DNA of 64,000 bases from Octopus sinensis (GCF_006345805.1 NC_043002.1:32550001-32614000); one strand, 5' to 3'. Counted from the stretch's first letter, positions 13,693-28,640 are shown. Program-made: numbers and translations. The notes: a model not told the origin generated them from the letters alone.

Positions 13693-16344
13693 CTGACCGA
13701 ATGAAAAAATAAAACTATCATTGAATATAAATGTTCGTCCAAAGACTCATGGGTGGTAAATAGTGTTAAGTGTTAATTCAAATTCTAATGAAGTCAGTCA
13801 CGCTCGCTCTCACACATAGATAGACACTCAAAGTCACATAAACTTAACAAGCATGAAGACACACATGCATATACGAGGCGAGTCAAAGTGATGCGAATAC
13901 TTTCTGATTCCCTTTAGTATGCGCGTGTGTGTGCATATATATATGAATATATATATATATTTAATTCCAAGGCGCAATACATATCATAAATATACGTGTA
14001 TATATATATATATACATTTATATATATATACATTTGGCATTTAGTTGTGACAATGCTGTTTTCTACATAAATTCCTTATATGGAGCTCTGACATCCCCTT
14101 TACCCCATTTCTATAATTAGAAAATCTTTATTGTCTCCTTGCATTTGTTCTTCCCTCTCAGAACCTTACAGTAGTCTGAAACCACTGAATCTTAGTCAGT
14201 CAGTTGATGGGCTCCACTACCTAAAATGTTCTTAAAATTTAAATCCACATCTTTGTCTATATATCTACTTTCTCTATAATATTGCCACTTGATATGAACA
14301 TTTTTATATTAATGGAAAACCTCTATAATTGACTGATGAGTGCTCAGCATTTTAAAACTGTTGTAATACTTACAACATTTAATAAAATTATTAATTAGCA
14401 TAATAGCATAATCTGGAAAAAAACATGGATTACATGGTGAAATGCGAGCAAGAGAAATAATATTCTTAAGTTATAAACCTGGAAAATTAAAGGACAAGTT
14501 ATTACACTTGGAAAAGTTCGTGACAATTTATTACATGGTAAAGCACAAAACAAGAAAGTTTAAACTTAAAATATTGCAGCTAAGGATAAAATTTGAATAT
14601 TAAAATTATTTTATTTTAATTTACAGAGTAGCATCATCATTAAAAAATGTACCATCATTTTGTTAAACTATTAACACGCTAGAATACTTTAAAAATGATA
14701 ATCAGAAGTACCAATACAGCTAAAGTTTTATGCAAAGTACAATAGTATATATGGTAGACAAATTCATTATGTAAAAAATAAGCATTAGTCAATACTAAAA
14801 ATGCGAAGATGTGGCAACAACTTAGGCAATAGCTCAAGCAAATTTTACTCAGAATATCATAACAATATATTTGAGTATTTCTCAACATATGACACAACTT
14901 GTAGCGCTTAAATACATGTATCATGCCCTGTAATTAAATAAAATTTATCTCTCACCAGATGGAGTACTTTCTTCTTGAAGTACCTCTAAGAAACTGTAAT
15001 ATCATGTACGGATCAAAAGTAATAACTAATAACTTTTAAAACTTAAATTATACCTCTTCATTTAAAATTAGTATATAATTAGCATGTTCTTTTAAATAAC
15101 AATATTCTTTTAACCAATACCGGTTGTCAGTCTTGATTGTAATAAGCTAAATAAGTTAATAAACAATTTTTAGTTCACAATACTTAAATTATTATAAATT
15201 TTATATAAATCTTCTCTATTAGAGTTCATTAGGTATATATACTTTGTAACGGTTTTAGTGATTAGGCTATCGTTATTCCTTTTCTATGGTGCACTACCCT
15301 ACCTGATCATTTTATTATTTTATGATAGTCTTTAATAAATCTAATCTTTGTACCCCTATTAATTCATACTTAGCTTATATAAAACAATACCGGTATCTCC
15401 ACAACTTAAAATAATTCAATTCAATTACATTACTATATAGTTAACATGTTCTTTAGCCTCAGTGCTCCTTTATTAAATGCCAGTTAAATTCCAATTGATC
15501 AATCTCCACAGATACCATCAAATAAGTTAATATTTAGATAAATGTTAAGTATAATTATTAAACTATTTCTATGTAATTTACTTTTTTTCCCTTTATTGTG
15601 GTAAAATTTGGTATATAATCAAAAGTATTCATAGAAATTTTATCCTTTTGTTATAATATCATTCTTAATAATATTCTTGACTACCCTAAATTTTAACTTT
15701 ATACAATACGGCAATATTGTTTGAAATGATCTTTAGAAGTTACTTGATATAGCAGTATTGCTTGAAATATTTAACTATAGAACTACATAAGATTTCTCCT
15801 GTTTCATTATCAATGGTCTGCTAGTGGCCAGCCCTCTTAATTGTCAGCTAACATATCGATTTCAGTTTTACCTTACCAAGTCTTGATTTTTATGACTATA
15901 CCCACTATGATTTCTGCCGACTCCCTCAGCGCTACCCCTAACAGACAATACCCCCTGTTCTCTCAACCTTAGATATACAAGGATGTGATCAAACTAGTCT
16001 ATAAGTTAAATCTGACCCATAAAACAGTGACAAGCAAAATCTGTAACAAGTCTTTCTTCCTGATACCTTAGTAGCTTTAAGTGGAAGTGAAGGTAGCATG
16101 TTCTTTGTCTATCTCCTTAACTTCTTGGAGATTTTAGATAAAATTATACAAATGTGACTGAGTTTTAATTTAATTAAATTTGTGCAGCTTTGTGTAGCTG
16201 AGGATTGCTCTGCATTTAAATTGATATAATGGTTGCATTGTTCAATTAAATGGAGTTGCGTGAAAAGATCGTACTGCATTACCTCTGGTTATCCTTGTTG
16301 CTTATTTTGATATCTATATATATATACACACACACGCACACACA

Positions 16345-16402
<58 letters not shown>

Positions 16403-16432
16403 ATATACATATATGTGTATACACACACATAC

Positions 16433-16498
<66 letters not shown>

Positions 16499-16506
16499 TA
16501 TATATG

Positions 16507-16752
16507 CGTGGCGCGTGGCTTAGTGGTTAGGGTGTCATCACCATGATCGTAAGAATGTGGTTTCGATTCCTGGACTGGGCGACACGTTGTGTTCTTGAGC
16601 AAAACACTTCATTTCACGTTGCTCCAGTCCACTCAGCTGGCAAAAATGAGTAACGCTGCGATGGGCTGGGGTCCCATCCAGCTGGGGAACATATACGCCA
16701 TAGAAACCGGGAGACCGGACCCATGAGCGTGACTAGGCTTTAAAAGGGCGCA
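16507..16752 (+). mobile_element. tRNA-derived CORE-like SINE
   Basis: tggcttagtggttagg...ggtttcgattcc...gtgttcttgagcaaaacacttcatttcacgttgctccagtccactcagctg. Confidence 0.7.
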
Positions 16753-16789
16753 TATATTTATTTTATTTTACATATATATACACATACAT

Positions 16790-16880
<91 letters not shown>

Positions 16881-16908
16881 TATATATATATATATGTATG
16901 TATGTAAG

Positions 16909-16965
<57 letters not shown>

Positions 16966-18076
16966 TTTTACTTTTAACGTTTAACGTATTTTCTCTTTTT
17001 CTTTGCTGATGCACCACCTTTAGGCGTACAATTCGATCCCAGAACTTAACTCTTTGTAAGCCTCGTACTTATTCTATCAGTATCTTTTACCGAACCGCTA
17101 AATCACGGGGACGTAATCAAACCAACAAATATGACAATATCTACACTCATTATCTATCCATGATGTCCGGAGGAAAATAAGAAACTACCCTTTGCTTGGA
17201 GATCTAGCTGAAATACTTGTACCAAACTGTAAAAGTTACATGGGTCAGTGAATCTTTATCATGTTTTTATATTTTAAATCTGTCAAGTGGGAAAAGCATT
17301 ATTTATAACTCTTTCGTAACCTCCGAAAATAGTGTTAAATCAAGGAGAAAGGAGCTATTGTCAAGCCGGAGGCATAGTTAAAGGCTTTTGATGCGGAGAA
17401 AAGGTCCGTAGCAATGAATGAATATCATTACACGAAAACAGAAAACTTTGTTTTCACAATGTTTTCTTATGAATACTCACTCAGATTTGGCTGATTCGAG
17501 GCTGTTGTAAAGGATACTTCCCTCAATACAGTATAGCTAGATTGGATTGGAAGTACATACATGTGGTTAATTTTTTAACCGCACAATCCCATCTCAGCTT
17601 GTTATATTCGATAGCGTTATTAGAGTCACCGTATAAAAATATACAAACTCTGTATATTATTATATAGTGTTTCTATATGATTATATGACAATTTCGACCC
17701 AGCATATCTCCATAATGTTGAAAATAATATTTGAGCTTAATTCTATTCAAACTTGTAAATGTAAGAGCAAGAAAAAAACAGAAATGCTAAAAATAATTTT
17801 CCTACTGTATCAATATTTCTACTTTACTGCATTATAAATGTATAGGTATTGTAACTGAGTTAATACAACAAATTTGTCAGTAATCATAAAGGTTGTTTAT
17901 TGATTATTAATTGCAGTTTATGCTTAGTTTATTAATTACTGTTTAAGCACTTGTAGGTACTGTTCTTTGAATCAGAAAGAAATTTTTTTTACAATAAATA
18001 AAAAACGTATTGAGATGAAGTGAATTGAATTTTGTTTGGTGTTAGGATTAGAATACTGTGAGTAGACAAGTGTTAC

Positions 18077-18241
18077 CTAGACAACGAGATGTTGCGTTGC
18101 TTAAAACGTAACCCCGTGGACAATTACACCGGAAAGATGTATTTTGGGCTTTGTGTTCTTCTGGTTTTAAGTCTTCACATTTTCCTACTCCAGGGCAAGG
18201 ATCACCGCTACATCCATCAAAGTCTTTTTCACAGTTATCAC
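18077..18241 (-). CDS. Mucin exon, EGF-like (DNCEKDFDGCSGDPCPGVGKCEDL...FRCNCPRGY...CL)
   Basis: Translated by hand from the minus strand; 165 nt, canonical sites. Confidence 0.88.
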
Positions 18242-18661
18242 CTGTTGATTAAAACGTAACATTATTATTAGAACGACAATGTTTAGAGAATTTATAATAA
18301 TTTCGGACTGGTTTTCTATCCAATGCTTTACTGAAATTCATTTATTCAAGCAAAGATGTAATCATACTTTGATATAGTGTTCATAATGAAATAATGTATA
18401 ATATTATCATATTTTTAAACTACAACAATTCAAGTTATAAAGCATTAATAATTTAGGTCGGTATTTAGTTCTATTATCTGGTATTTAAACTATTCCAAAG
18501 TTGGGAACTCTTCATAAAAATCTAGATAGCAAAGATATTGATCGCTGTCACCTCTTAAATATTGAAATGCCAGATATGAATACTAACCATCGACTTTCAT
18601 TTAAATTTTTCATAACTTGTTTTGTGCTTAAAAAACATTTAAAACATTAATATACATAGAT

Positions 18662-18724
<63 letters not shown>

Positions 18725-19834
18725 TGTGTGTGTATCAGGCATGCTTCATGAAAATAATACTATTCAACTATAATATTATTTATGTAATAATGCATTAGTG
18801 GGGATCAATAAGGAGTTTCTTGATCTTTCGTTCATGAGAGGTATTCAACAACAGGTGATGAGCCATGTTCCTTATGTTCAGAGAATAATAGTTATTTTAT
18901 CAACAATTTTTCACTTTTTCTGCTCTTGGTCTTTGCAGGCCTCCTAAAATCTTTGAAATTGATATCATTTATTGCTCCTCTGGAAACTTTGAAAAAGACA
19001 TTTTAAAAGGTTGGGAAGAGCTGGGAGTAATGATCAGTGCATGTGCTGGATTGTGAAAACAACAAAAGTGATGATAAAATAAGTGAAACGCTAGATAGGA
19101 ATATCTAAGGGAACAAGGCATAAACCCAGCTATCTTCAAAAAGTAGGAACTATTTCAGTAACTTTTGTAAGAATAGAAAGAAAAGATAATGGAGTATCTG
19201 TGGGCTAGAATTTGGAGCGTGTTTGGGGGCCAGAATTTGGAGCGTCTTTATGTCAATCAGTCTGGTAGCTCTTTTCTGGATGCAGAGTAGTAACCACGTG
19301 CACACGTACATATAATTATACTGCAGTGAAACTTGATTTACTTGGTTACTTAACCTGCTAAAAGCAGCAGCCAAATACCCATCAAATTATTCCAAAGCAT
19401 ATTAAAAGGAAAACTACGTTTTTGAAAATGTAGTCCTGTGTATCCTTAAAGAGAGGGGAAAATCATGGACGAAATCCCTTTGATGATATGCCTACACGAT
19501 CAAAGACAATCTAAAGCAACGCAGCAACAGCAAGTCTAACTACAATGAATTCACACAAAATAGCATTGTTTTTATGAAAGTGTAAGTCATAAAACCTAAT
19601 TCAGAGACCTTTTGAGTGAGATGAGCTGCTCAACCTGAAGAAATTCTAACTGGGTCCCACTTGAAAGGTCATGCGCTCTTTATCGTAATATCAGATCACC
19701 ATGTCGTGCACATATGGTTGTGATGTAAGTGCCTGATGTACCATTATGAGATGGGCAGACATGATAGTTATGCTGGGCTACGTATATTTTACCCCAGTGT
19801 CACTTTGATGCATGCACTGCACTCTGATTCAATG

Positions 19835-19888
<54 letters not shown>

Positions 19889-20374
19889 GATGGGCTACAG
19901 CAAATATTCTGCTCAATACCACAGATTTGCTTGTCAGTTGTTTGACCTTAACCAGTTGAGCATGTCCCTTAGTGGCTGACGATATGTGCATCTCTGATCA
20001 CGAGCAGAAGTAGTGGGGGAGCATCATAGCCATGTGTTGAGAAGGATTCTTTGGGGTTTGAATAATTCACCTCTGGAAACATGGGTGTTTCGTTCAACGT
20101 CCTTAAACAACCCTTATTCAGGGATCTTTGAGCGGGTGGGTTACTCGATCTGAAAAATTCTAACTGGGCTCCACCTGCAAGGTATGTGTGTTTATCTTGA
20201 TATGAGATCACCATGTCGCGCACATATGGTTGTGATGCATGTGCCTGGTGTACCCTTATCAGACGGGTAGTCATGATGGGTATACTGGGCTTCGTATATT
20301 TTACCCCAGTGTCACTTTGATGGCATGCTCTGCTCGCTCACTCAATAATAATAATAATAATAATAATAGTAATA

Positions 20375-20605
20375 ATCTGCTCATATCCTACGCAAAATAC
20401 TCTCTATGTAATCCCAAGGTTTAAAACAAACTTTTTGTTTTTAATTTATGTATTAGACATTCACTAGTACAATACCCAAAAAAAACAAAACAAATATATG
20501 GCACACTAGGAATAACAGCAACTTCTAAACTTCCAACCTGTTGTCTCTTAGGTCTCTGGGTGAGACTTGGAGCCAACTTGTACAGACATAAAGCAAAAAT
20601 CAAAC

Positions 20606-20651
<46 letters not shown>

Positions 20652-20683
20652 TAATAATAATAATATTAATAATAATAATAATC

Positions 20684-20725
<42 letters not shown>

Positions 20726-21012
20726 TAATAATAATAATAATAATAATAATGTTAATAAGGGATTTCGTCCGTGATTATTCTCTCTCTTTAACGATACACA
20801 GGACTACATTGTCAAACATGTAATCTCAACTTTTAAAACAAACATAATTTTCTTATGGTTTCTGAAACATTCTCTAGAACAACACTAAATACAGAACCAA
20901 TTATATGGTGCCCTAGGCATAACTCCAACAGGAACTTCTAACTTGTTGTCTCTTGAGGTCTCTGGGTGAGACTTGGAGACAACTTGTACAAATGTAAAGC
21001 AGAAGTCAAACA
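20375..21012 (+). mobile_element. Two 5'-truncated 3'-end copies of the R4/Dong-like element (about 20375-20610 and 20820-21012), separated by (TAA)n
   Basis: Match 25560-25812 (ctgctcatatcctacgcaaaatactctctatgtaa...gtcaaacata). Confidence 0.85.
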
Positions 21013-21021
21013 TAAAATAAC

Positions 21022-21056
<35 letters not shown>

Positions 21057-21156
21057 TAATAATGATGATCATAATAATAATAATATAATAATAATAATAA
21101 TAATATAATAATAATAATAATAAAATAATAAATAATAAAATAATAATAATAATATA

Positions 21157-21213
<57 letters not shown>

Positions 21214-21228
21214 TAATAATAATAATAA

Positions 21229-21779
21229 ATGCCCTGATGCAGTACCAGGCAGTGGCTCTCATGGCTTCTGATCTTAACTGATTGGAAGTGTTATCATGTA
21301 CATTGTTTTGTCTTGGTATAAAAGATGGGCTACAGCAAATATTCTGCTCAATACCACAGATTTGCTTGTCAGTTGTTGACCTTAACCAGTTGAGCATGTC
21401 CCTTAGTGGCTGACGATATGTGCATCTCTGATCACGAGCAGAAGTTTGGGGGAGCATCATAGCCATGTGTTGAGAAGGATTCTTGGGGTTTGAATAATTC
21501 CCTCTGGAAACATGGGTGTTTCGTTCAACATCCTTAACAACCCTTATTCAGGGACCGTTTGAGCGGGATGGGCTACTCAACCTGAAGAAAATTCTAACTG
21601 GGCCCCACCTGCAAGGTCATGTGCTGTTTATCTTGATATGAGATCACCATGTCGCGCACATATGGTTGTGATGCATGTGCCTGGTGTACCTTTATCAGAC
21701 GGGTAGTCATGATGGGTATATTGGGCTTCGTATATTTTACCCCAGTGTCACTTTGATGGCATGAACTGCTCTCTCACTC

Positions 21780-21782
<3 letters not shown>
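21229..21782 (+). mobile_element. About 550-bp non-coding (TAA)n-tailed retroposon; 5'-truncated copies at about 19610-19832 and 19884-20345
   Basis: Three copies share the 3' end (ccccagtgtcactttgatg...ctcaataataat) and differ in 5' extent. Confidence 0.75.
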
Positions 21783-21825
<43 letters not shown>

Positions 21826-24800
21826 TACAGACGAATATAGATCTGCTAGTCTTAAGAAGCGGCGCTATGAGCAATGCTTACATGTAGTGAACCCTAAACT
21901 GACAGAGCCATCTCCTAATATAAGAATGGATGCTCGTCATGCTTCAAGGTCAACAAATCAAACAATAAACCGCATTGGTCATTGCGCGGATTACAAAAGA
22001 CCACGTACCCGAAAATTGAACCAAATCCTGATTGAAAAATCAGTTACTGGATCAAATCTTCCCAACACACAGGAGCTGGACGAACCCCACAACCGGAATA
22101 TTCAACAGATGGCATCCATGCTTATCCCAAATAATCAAAAGAAAAAGAAGGAAAAATGGTCTAGGGAAGATAATAAAGAAGTTCTTGAGGCTTCTACCAT
22201 GCCATATATTTCCCCACAGATAAGTCTAGCACTGTACAAGCATACTTAAACTGGAGACAGAAACACCCTGAAGTAAGACCCTACATAGACAGTAACAAGC
22301 TTGCCAATGTTAGAAGAAACATTATAAAAAGAAATTACTGACTGAAGTAGAGATTGATCAGGTTAGACAAGCAATATCGGATAAAATGAACGAAGCTGCA
22401 GCTAGAGAAGATAATACAGAGGAAATGATTATAGACCAGCCCAGGGCGGATAAAAACGAAGAGAGGATTGAAAGAGTTAGTATAAGTGATAGGCAAAGTG
22501 AAATACGCCTGAACCAATCATAAACACTAAGACAGATGAGCATCAAATAGATAAAGAAAGTCACACAAATATTGACCCAACAGAACTACATGAGCTAAAA
22601 AATCAAATCATGATTGAATGGCTGAAAATTAAAGAAACCAGCATGGATGAGCGTGATACACTTCCTAAAATCCGCAACTCTAACCAAAACATGAAAATAA
22701 TTGGTAAAATCCGGCTTGCACTTAAGGATATAATTTCAGTTAATGATGTTGATATCACAAACCTCAACCACCTATACTATGCATCCGCGAAAATCTCAAC
22801 GATCCTATGTGGTGTAAAGATTAGAAAACGGCAACAGTCCCACAAAAAGCCTTCTTGGCAAGAGCGTCTGCAACAACAAATTAAAGTATTTAGATCTGAC
22901 ATTGAATATTTGAAAAACCTTAAGGCTCACAAGACTACCAAACCTACAAAAACCCAAAAATTACTGAAAAAATACAATATGAAAACTATACTTGATATTG
23001 ATGCCACCATAGAAACCATCAAACAAAAGGTATCTGCCAAAGCTGCCCGCATAGCGAGGTATGAAAAGCGTGTTAGATTTTTCAAGGACAACAACATGTT
23101 CAAAAATAACACCAAACATTTTTACAGGAAGATAGGAAAAACAGCGTTTACTGCAGGGTCTGTACCATCAAAAGAAGAAGTGCAGAGATTTTGGAATAAA
23201 ATCTGGGCAGAAGAAAAAACACACAACGAAAAGGCCCCCTGGATTGACAGAATATCTACAGAACTGGACCCCTTAGAAGAGCAAAAGTGGGGGGGTCAAG
23301 GTAGAAGATATAAGATCTGCTCTCAGGAGGTCAAGCAAATGGAAGTCTCCAGGAAAGGATAAAATTCCTAACTTCTGGCTGAATGCCTTCCCAGAGAGCC
23401 ATGAACTGCTAACAGAACTGTACAATGATGTTTTGCAACACCCTAGTAGGATGCCTCCTTGGCTAGTTAATGGGTTAACATTCCTGCTTCCAAAAAGTGA
23501 AGAAACAAATGAACCAAAAAACTATAGACCCATAACCTGCTTAACAACTATGTACAAAACACTAACATCTGTCCTGACGGAATATACCTTAGTTTTTTAA
23601 CAGACAGCAGCATATTCCCTAATGAACAGAAAGGATGTAAACGTGGATCCTACGGCTGTAAAGACCAACTACTCATCAATAAGATGATCTTAGAAGATTG
23701 TCACAAAGGACACAAAAACTTATCAATAGCCTGGATAGACTATAAAAAAGCTTTTGATAGCCTACACATAGCTGGATTAGGAAATGCCTTGAAATGTATA
23801 AGATAGCACCAACTCTGCGAAACTTCTTGACTGTAAGTATGAGATCATGGAGAACCACACTAACTCTGAACAGTGACAGTGAATCCCTAAATGCTGGTGA
23901 TGTAAAAATTTCGTGTGGCATTTTCCAGGGTGACTCACTGTCACCACTCCTCTTTTGTTTATCCTTAATACCTCTCTCAAAGCTGCTCAATGACGCGCAG
24001 TACGGGTATAAAATGTTTGATAAAAATATAAATCATCTCGTTTACATGGATGATTTAAAGCTTTTTGCAAAAAATGATCAACAACTCAAGGGCTTACTAG
24101 CGATAGTCAAACAATTCAGTGACGACATCAGAATGCAATTCGGCCTCGATAAATGTGCAAAGGCTACCTTTATCAAAGGAAAAATGACAGAAACATAACG
24201 TTAACCTTGACCAACAGAATGTCATAAAAGAACTAGACCAGCGGAGACTACAAGTACCTAGGGGTAATTGAAGGGAACGGAATAAGGCATTCAGAGATGA
24301 AGGAAAGGATCAGAGAGAATGCTATCGAAGAGTGAGAGCATACTCAAGACAGAGCTGAATGCAAGAAACAGGATCGAAGCAATCAATGCATTAGCTATAC
24401 CAGTCGTGACTTACAGTTTCAATATTGTTAACTGGTCAATTACTGAAATATGTCAGCTCGACAGAAAAATAAGGAAACTGTTGACAATGCATAGAATGCA
24501 CCACCCTAAGGCAGATACAGAACGACTCTATCTGCCAAGAAAAGAGGGAGGCCGTGGTCTTTTGCAACTGGCAATAACAATGAAGATTGCTACAATTGGC
24601 CTAGACACCTACCTGAAAAACTCTGAGGACTGGATGTTAAAACTTGTCTCAAAACATGAAAACAAGAAAGCATCATACTCAGTCACAAAACAGGCAAAGG
24701 AATATGTAAGTGAATTCCGAATACAACCAATTTCGGAATTAGAGATAGACATACAAGAAACAAGCACAGAAAAAGCTAGGCGCATGAAAACCCGTGCCAA

Positions 24801-25815
24801 AACTGCGGCCTTAGATATTCTGAAAAATAAATGGCAAGAAAAACCTCTCTATGGCAAATACCCAAAGAGAGCGAATAATGCAGATATCGACAAAGCCCTG
24901 ACCCATCAATGGCTAATGGCCTCTGGCTTAAAATCTGAAACAGAGGGGTTTATCATAGCAGCTCAAGATCAATGCCTACCAACAAGAAACTACCAGGCCA
25001 ACATATTAAAGATCAGAAGCAGTCAACGTGTCGTGTATGCAAGCAACAAAATGAAACCATTGACCATGTGGTCTCCAAGTGCAGTCTTCTAGCGCCTACA
25101 GAGTATCTCAACAGGCACGATAGAGCTGCACAATATATTCACTGGGTAATCTGTAAAAACCTGGATTTGCCCCATGAAAAAAACTGGTGGGAACACAAAC
25201 CACCCCCAGTGCTTGAAAATGACCACATCTCACTCCTCTGGAACTTCACCATTCAAACTGACAGGAAGATAGATGCAAATAGGCCAGACATCATATTGAA
25301 AGACTTCAAACAAAGAACATGCCTCCTCATTGATATGACTGTCCCAATCGATATAAACGTATCTGTCAGGACCTACCAAAAACTGAGCAAAATAAAGATC
25401 TTGAAATAGAAATCAGCAAAATGTGGAAGCTGAAGACTAAAACAATACCTGTTGTCATAGGTGCCCTGGGAATGATAGCAAAAGGGGCTGATAGCTACCT
25501 AACTCAGATACCAGGAAACCCAAAAATGGCAGAAGTTCAAAAGATAGTGCTCATGGGAACTGCTCATATCCTACGCAAAATACTCTCTATGTAACCTCAA
25601 GTTTTAAAACAACCATAATTTTCGGTTTAAAAAAAAAAAAAAAAAAAAAAAAACTTTTTTTTTTAGACATTCATTAGTACAACATCCCCACCCCCCAAAT
25701 ATATGGCACACTAGGCATAACAACAACATGAACTTCCAACCCTGTTGTCTCTTGAGGTCTCTGGGTGAGACTTGGAGCCAACTTGTACAAATATAAAGCA
25801 AAAGTCAAACATAGA
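21826..25815 (+). mobile_element. Near full-length RLE non-LTR retrotransposon, R4/Dong-like, inserted in (TAA)n
   Basis: RT motifs (GIFQGDSLSP, YMDD, FGLDKC), CCHC knuckle (CRVC..ETIDHVVSKC), RHD and RPD..D endonuclease. The ORF is broken by several frameshifts and is flanked on both sides by (AAT)n. Dong elements are known to target TAA repeats. Confidence 0.88.
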
Positions 25816-26210
25816 ATAATAATAATAATAATAATAATAAATGGCAAAAAATGCATATATAATATATTGAAGTTGAACCATTTACTCAGGTTATTACATA
25901 CTGCATCAGAATAGGCGCCTGCAGCGTACACTGCAACAGTTTCTTGCCACAGAAAGCTACTAATCTAAGAGAAGATTGCAGTATTCCGTTCAAACATGAA
26001 CAATATGCATCAGAGGTTCACGTACTACATACCACCAACATCTTTGCTTCTTTAAATTGCCACTACATTTCATATGTATAATTTCTCATATAGATTGTGT
26101 TTCGCTAGGCACATATTTTTTTTGTCAGCTGCCGTTTTATCACAATATACATTACGGTATTATAAATAAAATCTTCATATGAATTTATTCAAAGAGTTTA
26201 TAATTCTCAC

Positions 26211-26374
26211 CCGCATATTCATCTTCGCAGTCACATGATTGCAGAACAAAGTTTTCTGTTCTGATTACAGGGTTATCTTCTCTGCAGTTTCCGTGATTAG
26301 AACATCCACTGCACAGTACAATAGTCATCATGAATTCGACAGAGGAAGCATTTTTGCCATCTGTAGCGACAATG
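26211..26374 (-). CDS. Mucin exon, spacer end plus EGF-like (IVATDG...CSGCSNHGNC...CDCEDEYAG)
   Basis: Phase 2-to-1; EGF-like Cys spacing. Confidence 0.88.
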
Positions 26375-27059
26375 CTGAAAAAGAAGTATACCATTATCAA
26401 TAGGTATATTGATAAAACATACATCAAGGGTTTCCATTATTCTATTTCAACACTTATCTTGAAAACTTGTCGTTGTTGTTGGTGACGATGATGATGATGA
26501 GGAGGAGGAGGAAGAGGAGAGAAGGGGAGGAGGGGGAGGGTTATGACGATGATTCTGTTGTCTATGGTGTGTCTGCTATTTCTTAGCAGGTCTACAATGA
26601 TTGCACAAACCAGTGATTTTACCCGTTTTAACCGTATCATTTCGTTTCCAGAAAAAGTATATTCAGGAAAACATTTGAGAGTTTTGTGCTTACAGAGAAG
26701 AGTGAACATTAGTGAAACAGTGTCCTAATAGCAATAAAATAGGTAGAAAGAGGAAACAGTACGCCGGTGACCAAAAGTTTTCAAGTGTTAGTAAGAACTT
26801 AAACATTTGTGATCTTTAAGATAGATGCTGTGTTTTATTGGTTTATTATGTGGAAGTTGCTGGAATCACAAACAGAGATTGTGATTCTAAGCATTAAAGT
26901 GATATTCAATTACCATCATGAAACTTAGAATAATTACCAACGCAATCAGTTTATGAATAAGGATGGGGTCTTCAGATCGGTGACATACATAAGATATCAG
27001 AAATATTTTATATATCCAAATCCCTGATCATGATGAAAATATAAATATAACACACAACT

Positions 27060-27760
27060 ACTTGAGGATTTCTGCCTTGTAAGCAACTTGCACATACAAG
27101 TGCTACCAGTCAAGAACTCCGTATACCGGAAGCCAGCAGAAAATGTGCGCCGTTTCGGGACCTACCACTCAACGGCATCAATGCACATCGCGCTCCCTCT
27201 TACTGATATGAGGCCCCGCTTGCTAGATCAACTGGTTATCAAATAAAGCTTAATATTCTTCTAGCCATCGCTCATAGTCTCTTTTTAAACAAATCCAGTG
27301 GCTAGTCTTCTCCACTTTAGTTTGGATATCGGTCATGGTGGTATTGACTTTACGATGAGTTAGGCCTGACGGTAACAACAGTCGTCTCAGACTGTGTCTA
27401 ACAAACCCTCTACATCCAACTTCGATTGGAAAATGCTCCGCTTTCCAGCCTGCGTCTTCACATTCCTTGAGAAGGTTCATATAACGGTCAATCTTTCGAG
27501 TCCGAGAGGCGTCCATGTTATCTTCATGAGGAACCGTAAACTCGACTACATTTAGAACTCTCCTTCTTTCACACCACATCAAAATGTCTGTTCTTTTCGT
27601 AACTGGGATGGGAAAGAATCCTTGGCACCCAGGTAAATCTGCAGTCACCTCCCAATAGCCGTTCCACTTTTCAACTCTCACAGGAAGTTTCTTGTTCTTC
27701 TTCGTGAAACGGATCCGCTCACCTGAGCGCACGAAGGTAACGAAATCTTTAGTTGGTAGA
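27060..27760 (-). mobile_element. 3' fragment of an RLE non-LTR retrotransposon (HERO/NeSL-like endonuclease domain)
   Basis: ORF 27250-27732: RTDIL...VVEFTVPHE...KIDRY..L...GW...PIEVGCRGF...WICLKR. Confidence 0.75.
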
Positions 27761-27889
27761 ACTCAGTAGAAAAGAAGTTTTACAAAAGCTACTATCTGCA
27801 AAGTTGGCAAATAATTTCACGCTGTTTTTCGTTAAAGTAGTATTATAAATAAACAAGTGTATTCTACCAAAATCAGAAACAGATTCTGA

Positions 27890-28640
27890 CAATATAAGTC
27901 ACAACCACCACCGCAGAGACAAGCCGCTGCTTTGACAACAACTACAGCATCAAAAACAGTGCCGACTACTACTCCGATGGCACCATCACTAGCATAAACC
28001 ACAGTGACGTCGCCTCCAACACCTGCCTTACCAACAGATTCCCCAATAGCAGACATGATAACGCACCCACTGAGAGTCCTCGCACCCCTGATTATAGTAC
28101 CAGAAACAGACCCAGTTTCGACACCAACAGCAGCAGCACAATGACACTAGCGGAGGTACCGGAATAGACGCGAATAATGGTATCCTTTACCAACGGTAAT
28201 GGCAGTATCATCACCGGGGAAGATAGCAACACCTTTGGCTTCAGTGTTAGCAACTACAGAGCCACCTCCATAACCGGTAATAACATAACCAACGCCACAG
28301 CACCGCCACCACCTCACCTTCACCAACACCAGCACCAACGGCCCCGACTCCAGCAACAACATCACCGACGACAGCTCCAGCAACAACAGCAGCAGCAGCA
28401 GCAGAAGTATCGTCGACGACAGCAAGAGCAACAACAACAACAGCAACAGCAACGACAGTAGCAACAATAGCAACAACATCGACATCATAAGTAACATTAA
28501 CAGGTGCATCACCGGCGACACACGCGGGAGCAGTAACGCTACTGACGCACGCAACGACTCCAGTGGCAGCATCACCACCAACTGCCCCGGCTTCAGCACC
28601 ATACGCATCAACACTATCAGCAGCATCAACAGCTGTGTTC
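27890..28640. repeat. CAG/CAA/CAC-rich low-complexity tract
   Basis: Degenerate trinucleotide repeats giving poly-Q/poly-L pseudo-ORFs. Confidence 0.7.

Noticed and set aside
28147-28629. Poly-Q/poly-L ORFs as a nested gene
   Set aside because: Low-complexity CAG/CAA tract with no domain or convincing splice structure
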